This document shows positions 55,650-64,000 of a stretch of DNA of 64,000 nucleotides, piece after piece. The stretch is from NCBI GenBank assembly GCA_964344415.1, contig CAYFMS010000002.1:128196-192195 (forward strand), read 5' to 3'. The stretch comes from an uncultured Gammaproteobacteria bacterium (GTDB lineage Bacteria; Patescibacteriota; Patescibacteriia; UBA9934). Each line of letters opens with the position of its first letter. The stretch's first letter is position 1. The notes under the pieces were generated by a model that saw only the letters and a program-made list of their open reading frames with translations, had not been told where the DNA came from and searched no databases. The position numbers and the translations under genes were made by a program.

Positions 55650-56638
55650 AGCATATATTAATTCCCACAATTGATTATTTCCCAAAAACGGGAGGCGTTG
55701 CACGTTATTTGAAAACAATGGCAGATGCATTTCCTGAACATATCACTGTTCATTATTGGGACACGAATCCTCCAAAACGACTACGTCTTTTGAAAGAATT
55801 ACATCGATTGTCAAAGCAGTATGATGAGGTTTGGACGAGCCATATTTATCCAATCGGGTTTGCAGCGTATTTACTTTCATTTTTTGGGAAACCATATACG
55901 GTCATGCTTCATGGGATGGATTTTGATTTAGCAAGACGCAATTGGATAAGAAATGTGTTCAGTAATCTCATTCTGCGTCGTGCGACGAATATCATTACAA
56001 ATACAAATCACTTGGCTGAAGAGGTGAGGAATTTTTGTGGCAGGCAGGCTACGGTTATTTACCCAACGCTTCCTGTGGCATTTGAGCAGTGTGAGATGGC
56101 GGAAGCAAAGAAAAATGGAAAAACATTGTTGACGGTTGGGCGTTTGGTTAAGCGTAAAGGGCATGAAAAGGTTATTCGATCTATACAAAATACAGATGTA
56201 TATTATGTCATTATTGGCGACGGGCCTTATCGCGGAGAAATTGAACGTTTAATAAATGAACTTCAATTACAGGACCGAGTGCAAATTATTGCAGATGCGA
56301 ATGATGAATTACTCATGCACTATTATCGAGCGGCGGATATATTCATTATGACTCCTGATCGAATAGAGAATGACCGCGAAGGATTTGGTATTGTATATCT
56401 TGAGGCCTCATGGTTTGGAGTCCCTATCATCGCATCGAATCTGCCGGGCATTGATGAAGCGGTTCAAGATAATGAAACAGGAATTCTAATTTCAGATGAT
56501 GACGATATTGAAGCAGCGATTCAAGCGCTATTATCGAATGCCGATGAAAGAAAACGGCTTGGCGTTCATGGTCATGAACGAGTTAAACAGCAATTTCTTG
56601 CAAAACATCAAATGAAAAAACTGGAAGAATTATTATGA
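55646..56638 (+). CDS. family 4 glycosyltransferase (GT-B)
   Basis: E(x7)E-type C-terminal motif: GFGIVYLEASWFGVPIIAS...ETGIL. Confidence 0.75.
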   Translation: MKHILIPTIDYFPKTGGVARYLKTMADAFPEHITVHYWDTNPPKRLRLLKELHRLSKQYDEVWTSHIYPIGFAAYLLSFFGKPYTVMLHGMDFDLARRNWIRNVFSNLILRRATNIITNTNHLAEEVRNFCGRQATVIYPTLPVAFEQCEMAEAKKNGKTLLTVGRLVKRKGHEKVIRSIQNTDVYYVIIGDGPYRGEIERLINELQLQDRVQIIADANDELLMHYYRAADIFIMTPDRIENDREGFGIVYLEASWFGVPIIASNLPGIDEAVQDNETGILISDDDDIEAAIQALLSNADERKRLGVHGHERVKQQFLAKHQMKKLEELL

Positions 56639-57483
56639 TAGATATTTCAGTCATTGTCATAACATATAATACGAGGCTTGATTTGCTGAAGGCATGTTTT
56701 GATAGTGTATATGCTTCCAAAGATATCGATGTTGAGCTGATTGTTGTCGATAATGGAAAGATTTTGGGGCTCGAAGGATTGCTGAAAGCGTATGAAGGCA
56801 GTCAATATGTGAGAAATGAATATAATGTAGGTTTTGCAAAAGCTGTAAATCAGGGAATAGAACGTTCAAAAGGAGAGTACATTGTTCTTGTGAATCCGGA
56901 TGTGCAATTTGATTCAGACATTCTATTGAAAATGAAGAATCATTTAGATAGAGACACAGATGTAGAGATTGCAAGCTGTCGAATGCATTACCGATCCGGT
57001 GAATTGCAAAGAAGTATTCGCCGTTTCCCAACATTCAAGGATCAAGTAGAAATCATGCTTAAAGTCCCGCATTTTAGAAAAACAGATGCGAATAGTTCAT
57101 ATCTCATGCTTGATTCAAATTTGCATGAGACGCAAGATGTAGACTCGATCATGGGTGCATTTATGTGGATGCGAAGGTCGATTGTTGAAAGAATAGGGGG
57201 TTTTGACCCAAGGTTTTTCTTATGGTTTGAAGAGGTTGATTATTGCAAAAGGGCAGTGGATGCTGGTGCGACAATACGTCATTATGGCGATATTGTGATC
57301 ACACATGTGAAAGGTCATGATTTCAGTAAAATTCCAACATTTCGCAAACAGAAATGGATGCGTAGCAGTTTGAGAAAATATGCATTTAAACATTTTGCGC
57401 TTCATGAATGGGCATTTTTATGGTTATTGACACCTCTTTTTATTCTCATTTCACTCATCGCATCAATCATAAAGCCAAAATAA
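56635..57483 (+). CDS. family 2 glycosyltransferase
   Basis: VIVITYNT motif and DxD at VNPDV. Confidence 0.7.
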   Translation: MIDISVIVITYNTRLDLLKACFDSVYASKDIDVELIVVDNGKILGLEGLLKAYEGSQYVRNEYNVGFAKAVNQGIERSKGEYIVLVNPDVQFDSDILLKMKNHLDRDTDVEIASCRMHYRSGELQRSIRRFPTFKDQVEIMLKVPHFRKTDANSSYLMLDSNLHETQDVDSIMGAFMWMRRSIVERIGGFDPRFFLWFEEVDYCKRAVDAGATIRHYGDIVITHVKGHDFSKIPTFRKQKWMRSSLRKYAFKHFALHEWAFLWLLTPLFILISLIASIIKPK

Positions 57484-57484
57484 T

Positions 57485-59098
57485 ATGCTGAAGCAGCAGT
57501 TTTTATCGCATGTCACGTGGAAATTATTAGCAGGCGCAGGTGCAATGCATATACTTGCATTTTTCGTATTCATGAATTGGATTCCCGCACTTATCATCAT
57601 TATTCCGGTCATTGCTACCATGATATATCTTGGCTATAAAAAACCGTTTGTGGGAATGATGATAGCCCTTTTCGAAGCAGCAATAGGAGGGCATGGGATA
57701 CTCATTTCAGATAGTTTATTCGGTCAGGGATTGTCGCTTCGAATAGCTATATTCCTTGGTTTTTTCATCGGGTATGCATGCAATATCATTCTCAATCGAA
57801 AGAAGGTGCAGATTGATTTTAATAGATTCCTACCATTTTTAAGCTTGATGATTATTGTTGGATTAGCATCCGTAAACGGTTATTTGCTGGGTAATGGCGC
57901 TGGGGCCGTATTTGACGATGCAAATGGGTATCTGTGGTTTCTCTATGCTATTCCAATGCTGACAATACAGTGGACGAGTGAAAAAAGAGCTGGGCTTTTA
58001 CAAATGGTATTCGCTGCAGTCATTTGGCTATCATCGACAACATTGATTCTATCCTATGCATTCACGCATATTGATGGAGATACGCTCGATATTCTCTATC
58101 GATTCGTGCGAGACAGTCGCTTGGCTGAGATTACTTTGCAGGTGACGAATCAACCAGGGATAGTCAAAAATATACTCTCAATTTTCATCGGAAATGAGAG
58201 TTACTGGTTTAGAATATTTCAACCATCACAATTATGGATTATTTTATTTGGCTTCTTGCTTATATCCTCTCACTTTTTTATCGGGAAAAAATCTGACTGT
58301 GGTTGTTTTGCGGACTCTTGGATCATTGTTATATCCGCAGCACTTATAACAAGTCTGTCCAGAAGCTTTCTTGTCGCATTTATTTTTGGATTAATACTTG
58401 GTCTATTTTATCTTCTAAAATTTACTGATAGGAATTGGAGAGAATTTTTCATTCTGTCTCTAAAAACTGCGGGATATGCATTGCTTGGAATACTGATAGC
58501 TATCATTATCGCGGTAATGCCAATACCGGGACGTCCAGATTTGCAAGATGCCGCTTTTTACCAAACGGCCGCTGATACAGGGAGGTCTGAAGCGGTTATT
58601 TCTCGATGGAATTTACTTGATCGTCTGCATGAACACATTTTTGATTCACCAATTATCGGATCTGGTATGGGATCTGCTGTCAGTTATATTTCAGAAGATC
58701 CAAGGATCATTGAATCAGAGGGCGGCGAATACACGACATATCGATTTGAATGGGGCTATCATGACATTTGGCTCAAAATGGGCATTGCGGGACTCGCTGT
58801 TTATGCATGGATTTTCTTTGCAATTATGAAGGGCTTATTACTACGAATAAAAGAAAGCGAATCAAAGTGGATACCAATCGGATTATCTCTTGCAATTATT
58901 GCGGTATTCACGTCACACATCTTTTCACCATTCTTAAATCATCCAATAGGGATTTCTATGCTGCTATTTACGATTCCGTTTATTGGGAATCATCTTGTAC
59001 CGGGCAGGGTAGTAGAACAAGGACAGAAAACTACTAGATTACGCGTTAATAATTTAAAAATGACAAATGCTTCGACAATTGTGAATAAGATGGAGTAA
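57485..59098 (+). CDS. O-antigen ligase/polymerase-like polytopic membrane protein (Wzy_C-like)
   Basis: 537 aa with more than 10 TM helices and a large periplasmic loop containing HNxxLxxxxExG-like residues. Confidence 0.45.
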   Translation: MLKQQFLSHVTWKLLAGAGAMHILAFFVFMNWIPALIIIIPVIATMIYLGYKKPFVGMMIALFEAAIGGHGILISDSLFGQGLSLRIAIFLGFFIGYACNIILNRKKVQIDFNRFLPFLSLMIIVGLASVNGYLLGNGAGAVFDDANGYLWFLYAIPMLTIQWTSEKRAGLLQMVFAAVIWLSSTTLILSYAFTHIDGDTLDILYRFVRDSRLAEITLQVTNQPGIVKNILSIFIGNESYWFRIFQPSQLWIILFGFLLISSHFFIGKKSDCGCFADSWIIVISAALITSLSRSFLVAFIFGLILGLFYLLKFTDRNWREFFILSLKTAGYALLGILIAIIIAVMPIPGRPDLQDAAFYQTAADTGRSEAVISRWNLLDRLHEHIFDSPIIGSGMGSAVSYISEDPRIIESEGGEYTTYRFEWGYHDIWLKMGIAGLAVYAWIFFAIMKGLLLRIKESESKWIPIGLSLAIIAVFTSHIFSPFLNHPIGISMLLFTIPFIGNHLVPGRVVEQGQKTTRLRVNNLKMTNASTIVNKME

Positions 59099-59156
59099 AT
59101 AGCTTCACGTGGGCCTTCTCGAAACTTTTCGGGGAGGCTCTTCTTTTTTTACAAAA

Positions 59157-59594
59157 TCACTTCTGAATCTTGTAAAATAATCGTATGCAGGCATCCAAAT
59201 CTCGGATCAAGGGCATGCTCAAGGCATTTTTTGGAGTGGTCCATTTAGAATCCTTATGTTCAGTATGGCTAATAACAACATCTTTTTTCTTCTCTAGTTC
59301 CGTATGAAAAATATGATACACAAAATCATAATCAGGATATCTGACGAAGAGTTTTTCATGGTGTGAAAGTTCTGAAGGGTAGATCCTAAAACCCGTTTCT
59401 TCATGTACCTCTCTCATTGTGGCTTCCAAAATATCTTCACCTGGATCGACTTTCCCAGCAGGAACTCCCCATGTATTGCCCTCTGGTTTATGGTCATGTC
59501 TGTGCAATAAAAGAATTTCTCCATTGCATTCAACAAAGCAGCTCGTGACGGTAAATTTTGCATCAAAGTTTGGTGGTTCTTCAATGTAAATCAT
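59157..59594 (-). CDS. NUDIX hydrolase
   Basis: Nudix box GKVDPGEDILEATMREVHEETG. Confidence 0.8.
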   Translation of the reverse strand: MIYIEEPPNFDAKFTVTSCFVECNGEILLLHRHDHKPEGNTWGVPAGKVDPGEDILEATMREVHEETGFRIYPSELSHHEKLFVRYPDYDFVYHIFHTELEKKKDVVISHTEHKDSKWTTPKNALSMPLIRDLDACIRLFYKIQK

Positions 59595-59608
59595 GGAGAA
59601 TTATTAAA

Positions 59609-60550
59609 CTATTTGAGTACGGATCCTTCTATCTTAGAATATCCTGCAATAAAGGCCTTAGCGGGCATTTTTTGCTTGCCCTCGATTTGAAGCTCTGTGA
59701 TTTCGACGGGATAAGTGGATGTTCCGATATATATTTGACCGTCACTGACTTTGACTTCTCCTGGCGAGAGTGTCAGGTTTGAATCTCTTGCTATTTCAAT
59801 GCTATGCAATTTCAGCATTTTGCTATTCCATTTTGTATAAATTCCTGGCCAAGGACGATAAGCGCGCAATTGAGCATCAATTAATTCTGCAGAATTATTC
59901 CAGTTAACATTTCCATCCTCTTTTTTGATCAATTTGCAGAATGTCGCTTCATCGTGATTTTGTTCTTTGGGAATAAGATCTCCGGCCACAAATCGCTTCA
60001 TCGATTCAACAAGCATAGGAGCTCCGATTTCAGCAGATGAATTCAATATAGACATGGTGTCATCCTGATCCGATATCTCTATCGTTTTTTGCATCAGAAT
60101 TGGGCCATGATCCATTTTTTCATCAATAAGCATAATGCTAACGCCAGTTTCCTTATCTCCAGCTGCAATCGCCGCCTGTACAGGACTTGGGCCACGGTAT
60201 TTAGGGAGAAGGGATGGGTGAACATTTATATTTCCATATTTTGGAATATCTAGCAGTTTTTGAGGAATAATTTTTCCATATGCAACAATAATGAACAGAT
60301 CTGGCTTCAGATCTTGAATATGGTTTATGAATTCCGGATTTCGCAATTTTTCTGGCTCAAAGACCGAGATACTCTTATCCTCTGCGAAAACTTTAACAGG
60401 AGAGGGGGTTAATATCTTTTTCCTACCAACGGGTTTATCAGGCTGCGTGACGACCGCAGATACAAAAATATCCTCGTCTGCATGAAGCGATTCGAGGAAT
60501 TTTTTTGAAAAGTCAGGAGTCCCAAAGAAAACAATATTCATATTAAGCAA
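59609..60550 (-). CDS. fmt: methionyl-tRNA formyltransferase
   Basis: Motifs NIVFFGTP, INVHPSLLPKYRG, and a C-terminal domain. Confidence 0.85.
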   Translation of the reverse strand: MLNMNIVFFGTPDFSKKFLESLHADEDIFVSAVVTQPDKPVGRKKILTPSPVKVFAEDKSISVFEPEKLRNPEFINHIQDLKPDLFIIVAYGKIIPQKLLDIPKYGNINVHPSLLPKYRGPSPVQAAIAAGDKETGVSIMLIDEKMDHGPILMQKTIEISDQDDTMSILNSSAEIGAPMLVESMKRFVAGDLIPKEQNHDEATFCKLIKKEDGNVNWNNSAELIDAQLRAYRPWPGIYTKWNSKMLKLHSIEIARDSNLTLSPGEVKVSDGQIYIGTSTYPVEITELQIEGKQKMPAKAFIAGYSKIEGSVLK

Positions 60551-61049
60551 GAATTTCAGCTTCTTTTTCTGGTGTCAAATCATGAATTTTATGCGCTCTA
60601 TCAATGAAGAGAATTCCGTCCAAATGATCAATTTCATGCTGAAAAATCACTGCAAGTAATCCGCCTGTTCCAATATGAACTGGATTTCCCTTTCTATCGA
60701 GAGCTGAAGCCTTAATCTGCTTATGCCGTTTAACAATTCCATATACACCCGGAACGGAAAGGCATCCCTCTTCGCTATCAATCATTTTCGATGATGTCTT
60801 TGTGATGATCGGGTTAAAGAAGGCCTTATGTCCTTGCTTCGTTTCTGCCACAAAAAGTCGAATATGTTTACCAATCTGTGTAGCAGCGAGTCCTACACCG
60901 TCCTCGTCTTTCATTGTTTTTAACATGTCATCGACAAGAGTTTGCATTTCATCAGAAAGAATCTCTTCAACCGAAAGTTCCCGCGCTTTTTCACGCAGTT
61001 CATCATTTGGATGATGTAGTACTGGAATTCGGTTCATAAGGTGTTTCAT
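60543..61049 (-). CDS. def: peptide deformylase
   Basis: Motif 1 GVGLAATQ, motif 2 EGCLS, and motif 3 HEIDHL. Confidence 0.85.
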   Translation of the reverse strand: MKHLMNRIPVLHHPNDELREKARELSVEEILSDEMQTLVDDMLKTMKDEDGVGLAATQIGKHIRLFVAETKQGHKAFFNPIITKTSSKMIDSEEGCLSVPGVYGIVKRHKQIKASALDRKGNPVHIGTGGLLAVIFQHEIDHLDGILFIDRAHKIHDLTPEKEAEILA

Positions 61050-62724
61050 TTGTGATGATAATTGAATCTGGCAAACTCTTCAAAATCTTCTTAACATGTG
61101 GCCATGCGTCGGTAGATATTTGAAGAAGAAGTGTATCAGATTCTTGGATAAAATCAAGTGCTCGTAATGGTTCGGGAATATCAGAAGAGGGAAGTTTGAT
61201 TCGAATTCTTTTACCAAATGGCGGGATCTGTAGGCTGCGACGATCTTGATATTCTTCCAATTCAGCTTCAAAGCTTAATGCATGCTGTGTTGAGTCGAAT
61301 GTACCAGTCTGGCAAAGAAATGATGCGCGCAGGTCTTCTGAAACGAGGCGACTTCTCGCAAGTTTATATCGTAATTCATGCTTGCTATCTATTCCAGGAG
61401 GGAATAAGTGCAGTTCTGAACGTAATTCAATGAGTGACCCTATGTTCTGCTGGAGATGCTTATGGTAATGCTTGAAGAAATATTCCGTCGCGACAATGAT
61501 ATTTGCATTGAGATCTGTATGCAATGCATCATAGACGGAAGATTTCACATTGAATAACTTTTGTATTCGATCTGCGATTGCTTCATTTCCAATTCCTTTC
61601 TCTTTCATCTTTTTTGATGAACAGGCGGGGCACTGGGGTGGTTTATACATTTCTACATTACAGATAGTGCAGGCTAAGTCATGAATGCGTACAGTTGGCG
61701 CATTCCCGCAGCCCGCACAAAATGGTATATGTCCACAATCATGACATTCTAATATCTTTGCCGCGCCTTTTCGATTATAGATAAGCACTGCCTTCTTACC
61801 TTGCTTGATTGTTTTTTCTATCTTGCTCTGGGCTGTTTGACTAAGCCAGAACACATCTGTCTTTTCATTCGGTGCATGCATGTCGATGAGTGGGATAGAT
61901 TCACCTTTGATCGGATGTGCATGCGGCGAGCGATAATAACCTAATTCTGTGTATTTTGTATTGTATTGATCAGATAGTTTACGGGCAGAATGTACAGCAT
62001 GATAGCGTGGGTTTTGGTCGAGCATTTGATACTCGGACGAATTAGGATGCATGACGATTACGTGATCAATATCGTGACCTGGAAGTAGGCTTGCTACGCG
62101 TGTGCCAACCAAAACCTGAATTGATCCTGATCGCCATTTCTGAATGATTGTCGACGCGATGGCTCTCTTCGTTTTTCCTGTAAGCGTATGGACATTATGC
62201 GATGCAGCGAGTTGTAACGATATCCAATGAGCTAATTCATCATTCGGGCAAATAATGAGTACTTGATTCTTGGTATGTGAAATATATTCATGCAATCGAA
62301 TAAGTTGCGATCGTAAATGAACACATTTTTTATCCGATTGTGCTTCGGATATATCACGACGTGAATAGGTGAGAGGAGAGGTGGTCTTGGGAGTGGCATC
62401 TTCCTTATCGTCATCAGGTCGATAATGTCGATACATGACATAGAATAGATTTGCAGGTGATTGCAAAATTTCATCGGCAATCCATTCAATGCGCTGAATA
62501 TCGGACTCGCTCAGCATATTCTTTGACACGATGCCCTCGACCGAAGAAAGTCGTTTAAAATTACTTGTCTTGCTCACATTTCTGACAATGCCGCGTATAC
62601 GATTTCTTCGCAGAGAAATTTCAACCATATCTCCCGTTGATACATCCATATCATCTGGAATGCGATAATCAAAAAAACCAAGCCTCCTTGGGCTCCTTCT
62701 GATTGGATAAACTTGTGCGATCAT
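61003..62724 (-). CDS. priA: primosomal protein N' (PriA) homolog with degenerate helicase motifs
   Basis: N-terminal 3'-DNA-binding domain (IAQVYPIRR...FDYRIP...G..V.ISLRRNRIRGIV) and the Cys-rich Zn region CHDCG...CAGCG...CTICN...CPACS. Walker A GSGKT is absent. DEEH is replaced by VMHPN. Confidence 0.65.
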   Translation of the reverse strand: MIAQVYPIRRSPRRLGFFDYRIPDDMDVSTGDMVEISLRRNRIRGIVRNVSKTSNFKRLSSVEGIVSKNMLSESDIQRIEWIADEILQSPANLFYVMYRHYRPDDDKEDATPKTTSPLTYSRRDISEAQSDKKCVHLRSQLIRLHEYISHTKNQVLIICPNDELAHWISLQLAASHNVHTLTGKTKRAIASTIIQKWRSGSIQVLVGTRVASLLPGHDIDHVIVMHPNSSEYQMLDQNPRYHAVHSARKLSDQYNTKYTELGYYRSPHAHPIKGESIPLIDMHAPNEKTDVFWLSQTAQSKIEKTIKQGKKAVLIYNRKGAAKILECHDCGHIPFCAGCGNAPTVRIHDLACTICNVEMYKPPQCPACSSKKMKEKGIGNEAIADRIQKLFNVKSSVYDALHTDLNANIIVATEYFFKHYHKHLQQNIGSLIELRSELHLFPPGIDSKHELRYKLARSRLVSEDLRASFLCQTGTFDSTQHALSFEAELEEYQDRRSLQIPPFGKRIRIKLPSSDIPEPLRALDFIQESDTLLLQISTDAWPHVKKILKSLPDSIIITNETPYEPNSSTTSSK

Positions 62725-63509
62725 AAATCGAAATCTGCAACGAGAAGTCCGACACCAAATGGCGCTTCATAACTCAGTATGCGTGGCTTGGCGCTCATTC
62801 TGTCGAGAATTCCCATCAGAATGGCGAGCGGGCGATAGGCGGTTTCCTGTGCATGCTCAATCAGATCCTCAGACATTGAAAGAAGACTCGATACATTTTT
62901 CGATGCAATAATGTCTTGTATGCGTTCATCGAATATTTTTCCATCTTCATGAAATGGTGCGGGACTATCATCGGTAAGTGCATGTGATAAATCTCCAGCA
63001 GCAATAACGGCGATTCGTTCACGGCATCCATGTAATATATCCTTCAAAGAACGTCCAAAATCAAAATGCGCCTTAGCGTCCAGTTCAGAATATGTGATGG
63101 GAATAATCTTCATATTATTGAGCCTCCTTGTCATAAATCCAAGTGGTATCGCAGCGGCATAATGAAGAGCAGAATCCGTGGTGAGAGAAATCGGTTGATC
63201 ATCAATACGTAATTGTCTTTGAATGCGATCGATAATTTTAAGTGCCGGGTGAAGTGTACGTTTAAAACCGAGGTCTCCAAATGCGGAAAGATCGAATTGA
63301 TAAGGATCGTCTACGTTGATGGAGAAGGCATTTTTATAAATGGTTGGGTGTTCGCTGATCAGGACAATAATATCCGGCTTAGAATCGTAAAGAGCATCAG
63401 ACAATTCATACATTGCTGTTCTTGTTTTTTCGAAATAAACTCTCAAATCCTTGCTAATTGATGAAAGCAGGAGAGGGGAATGCGGCGTAAATCCCGCGAA
63501 TACAATCAT
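62721..63509 (-). CDS. MEMO1/AmmeMemoRadiSam system protein B family protein
   Basis: N-terminal AGFTPHSP and IAAGDLSH motifs of the extradiol-dioxygenase-like MEMO fold. Confidence 0.55.
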   Translation of the reverse strand: MIVFAGFTPHSPLLLSSISKDLRVYFEKTRTAMYELSDALYDSKPDIIVLISEHPTIYKNAFSINVDDPYQFDLSAFGDLGFKRTLHPALKIIDRIQRQLRIDDQPISLTTDSALHYAAAIPLGFMTRRLNNMKIIPITYSELDAKAHFDFGRSLKDILHGCRERIAVIAAGDLSHALTDDSPAPFHEDGKIFDERIQDIIASKNVSSLLSMSEDLIEHAQETAYRPLAILMGILDRMSAKPRILSYEAPFGVGLLVADFDL

Positions 63510-64000
63510 AATTCTAGACTGATAGAATCGCCAATTGAGTGAAAGTCAAACAGTGATTGATTAACGGTGATGACTGAGTCGAAGCTCCAACCATATGATC
63601 TGAAAACCTCCTCAGATGTGATTTCGCGTGCAACATCTTCAGAAATAAGGTAAACGGATGGACTATCAGCTGTTTTTACAAGATAGCCGTCGGGAATAAG
63701 TATGGGCCTACCTTCGGATAATTGTTCAATCTCAGATCCACCAACAATCTCAGCTCGTAATCCGTGAAGGGCGATATCAACGAGTGCACTGTCTGCGACA
63801 AAGTGCCGCTTACCGTCTTCTAAATAGAAAAGTGATCCACCGTCGCCAATTTGAACCAATCGTCCCGTTGGATGCAGCGTATCGAGTGTAATTGGTCGTC
63901 CAATATCGAAGTCTACGATGTCATCATAATCAACTTCAATGGCTTCATCGATATTAAAGCCTATGCTTCTGAATGTTTCCCAGTCGCTAATATGTCGTAG
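63506..64000 (-). CDS. hypothetical protein, 5'-partial (the ORF continues past the window end)
   Basis: The minus-strand frame stays open from 63859 to 64000 (...LRHISDWETFRSIGFNIDEAIEVDYDD...). The C-terminus is 63506. Confidence 0.4.
   Translation of the reverse strand, partial: LRHISDWETFRSIGFNIDEAIEVDYDDIVDFDIGRPITLDTLHPTGRLVQIGDGGSLFYLEDGKRHFVADSALVDIALHGLRAEIVGGSEIEQLSEGRPILIPDGYLVKTADSPSVYLISEDVAREITSEEVFRSYGWSFDSVITVNQSLFDFHSIGDSISLEL

Noticed and set aside
1-64000. CRISPR arrays, integrases, transposases, restriction-modification methyltransferases, and a toxin partner for the RHH gene
   Set aside because: I scanned for regularly spaced repeats and for recombinase, MTase or toxin motifs and found none. 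The repeats present are mosaic and irregular, not CRISPR-like.
1-64000. Alternative genetic code (UGA=Gly as in Gracilibacteria/SR1)
   Set aside because: Long conserved genes (pcrA, PBP2, alaS, priA-like, murJ) are full length with standard stops, so code 11 fits.

Overview
This is a low-GC (~40%) bacterial chromosomal segment that uses the standard genetic code. No CDS needs an in-frame TGA. Tight gene packing, short proteins and reduced domain architectures suggest a small-genome bacterium, possibly of the Patescibacteria/CPR kind. That lineage call is an inference only. Reduced architectures include rpoA without an alpha-CTD, a 589-aa alaS, monofunctional riboflavin kinase, and a PriA homolog lacking the Walker A and DEEH motifs.

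The order along the window is as follows. The 3' end of typA comes first. A ~900-bp high-GC insert follows, flanked by a degenerate duplicate of the typA 3' end. Next is a tRNA cluster (Tyr, Thr, Trp) followed by a Pif1/RecD-like helicase. Housekeeping genes follow: rpmG, rnhB, nnrE, tRNA-Thr, rfbB plus a sugar nucleotidyltransferase, hup, an LCP protein, an ATP-cone/Mrr-like nuclease, rpmB, pcrA/uvrD, a LOG protein, lpd-like, PBP2, murF, and a second high-GC island carrying a 2OG-Fe(II) oxygenase. Then come riboflavin kinase, an ATP-grasp protein, dus, a thioredoxin-like/VKOR pair, a beta-CASP RNase, era, a DUF3179 protein, corA, a PduL-like protein, a TSP3/PKD surface protein, murJ, alaS, the infA-rpmJ-rpsM-rpsK-rpsD-rpoA-rplQ-rplM-rpsI cluster, a surface polysaccharide locus (DUF218, Wzx, GT4, GT2, Wzy-like), nudix, fmt, def, the degenerate priA, and a MEMO1-like protein.

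No CRISPR array, integrase or transposase gene is visible. The most unusual signals are listed here. A family of mosaic dispersed intergenic repeats occupies at least five loci and contains a hairpin with compensatory base changes. A recurrent 13-mer GATGTGGATAAGT, which contains a perfect DnaA box and is each time preceded by a palindrome, occurs at three loci. Two GC-rich foreign-looking islands are present. The PriA homolog is catalytically degenerate. An orphan zinc-ribbon protein sits next to the ribosomal cluster.
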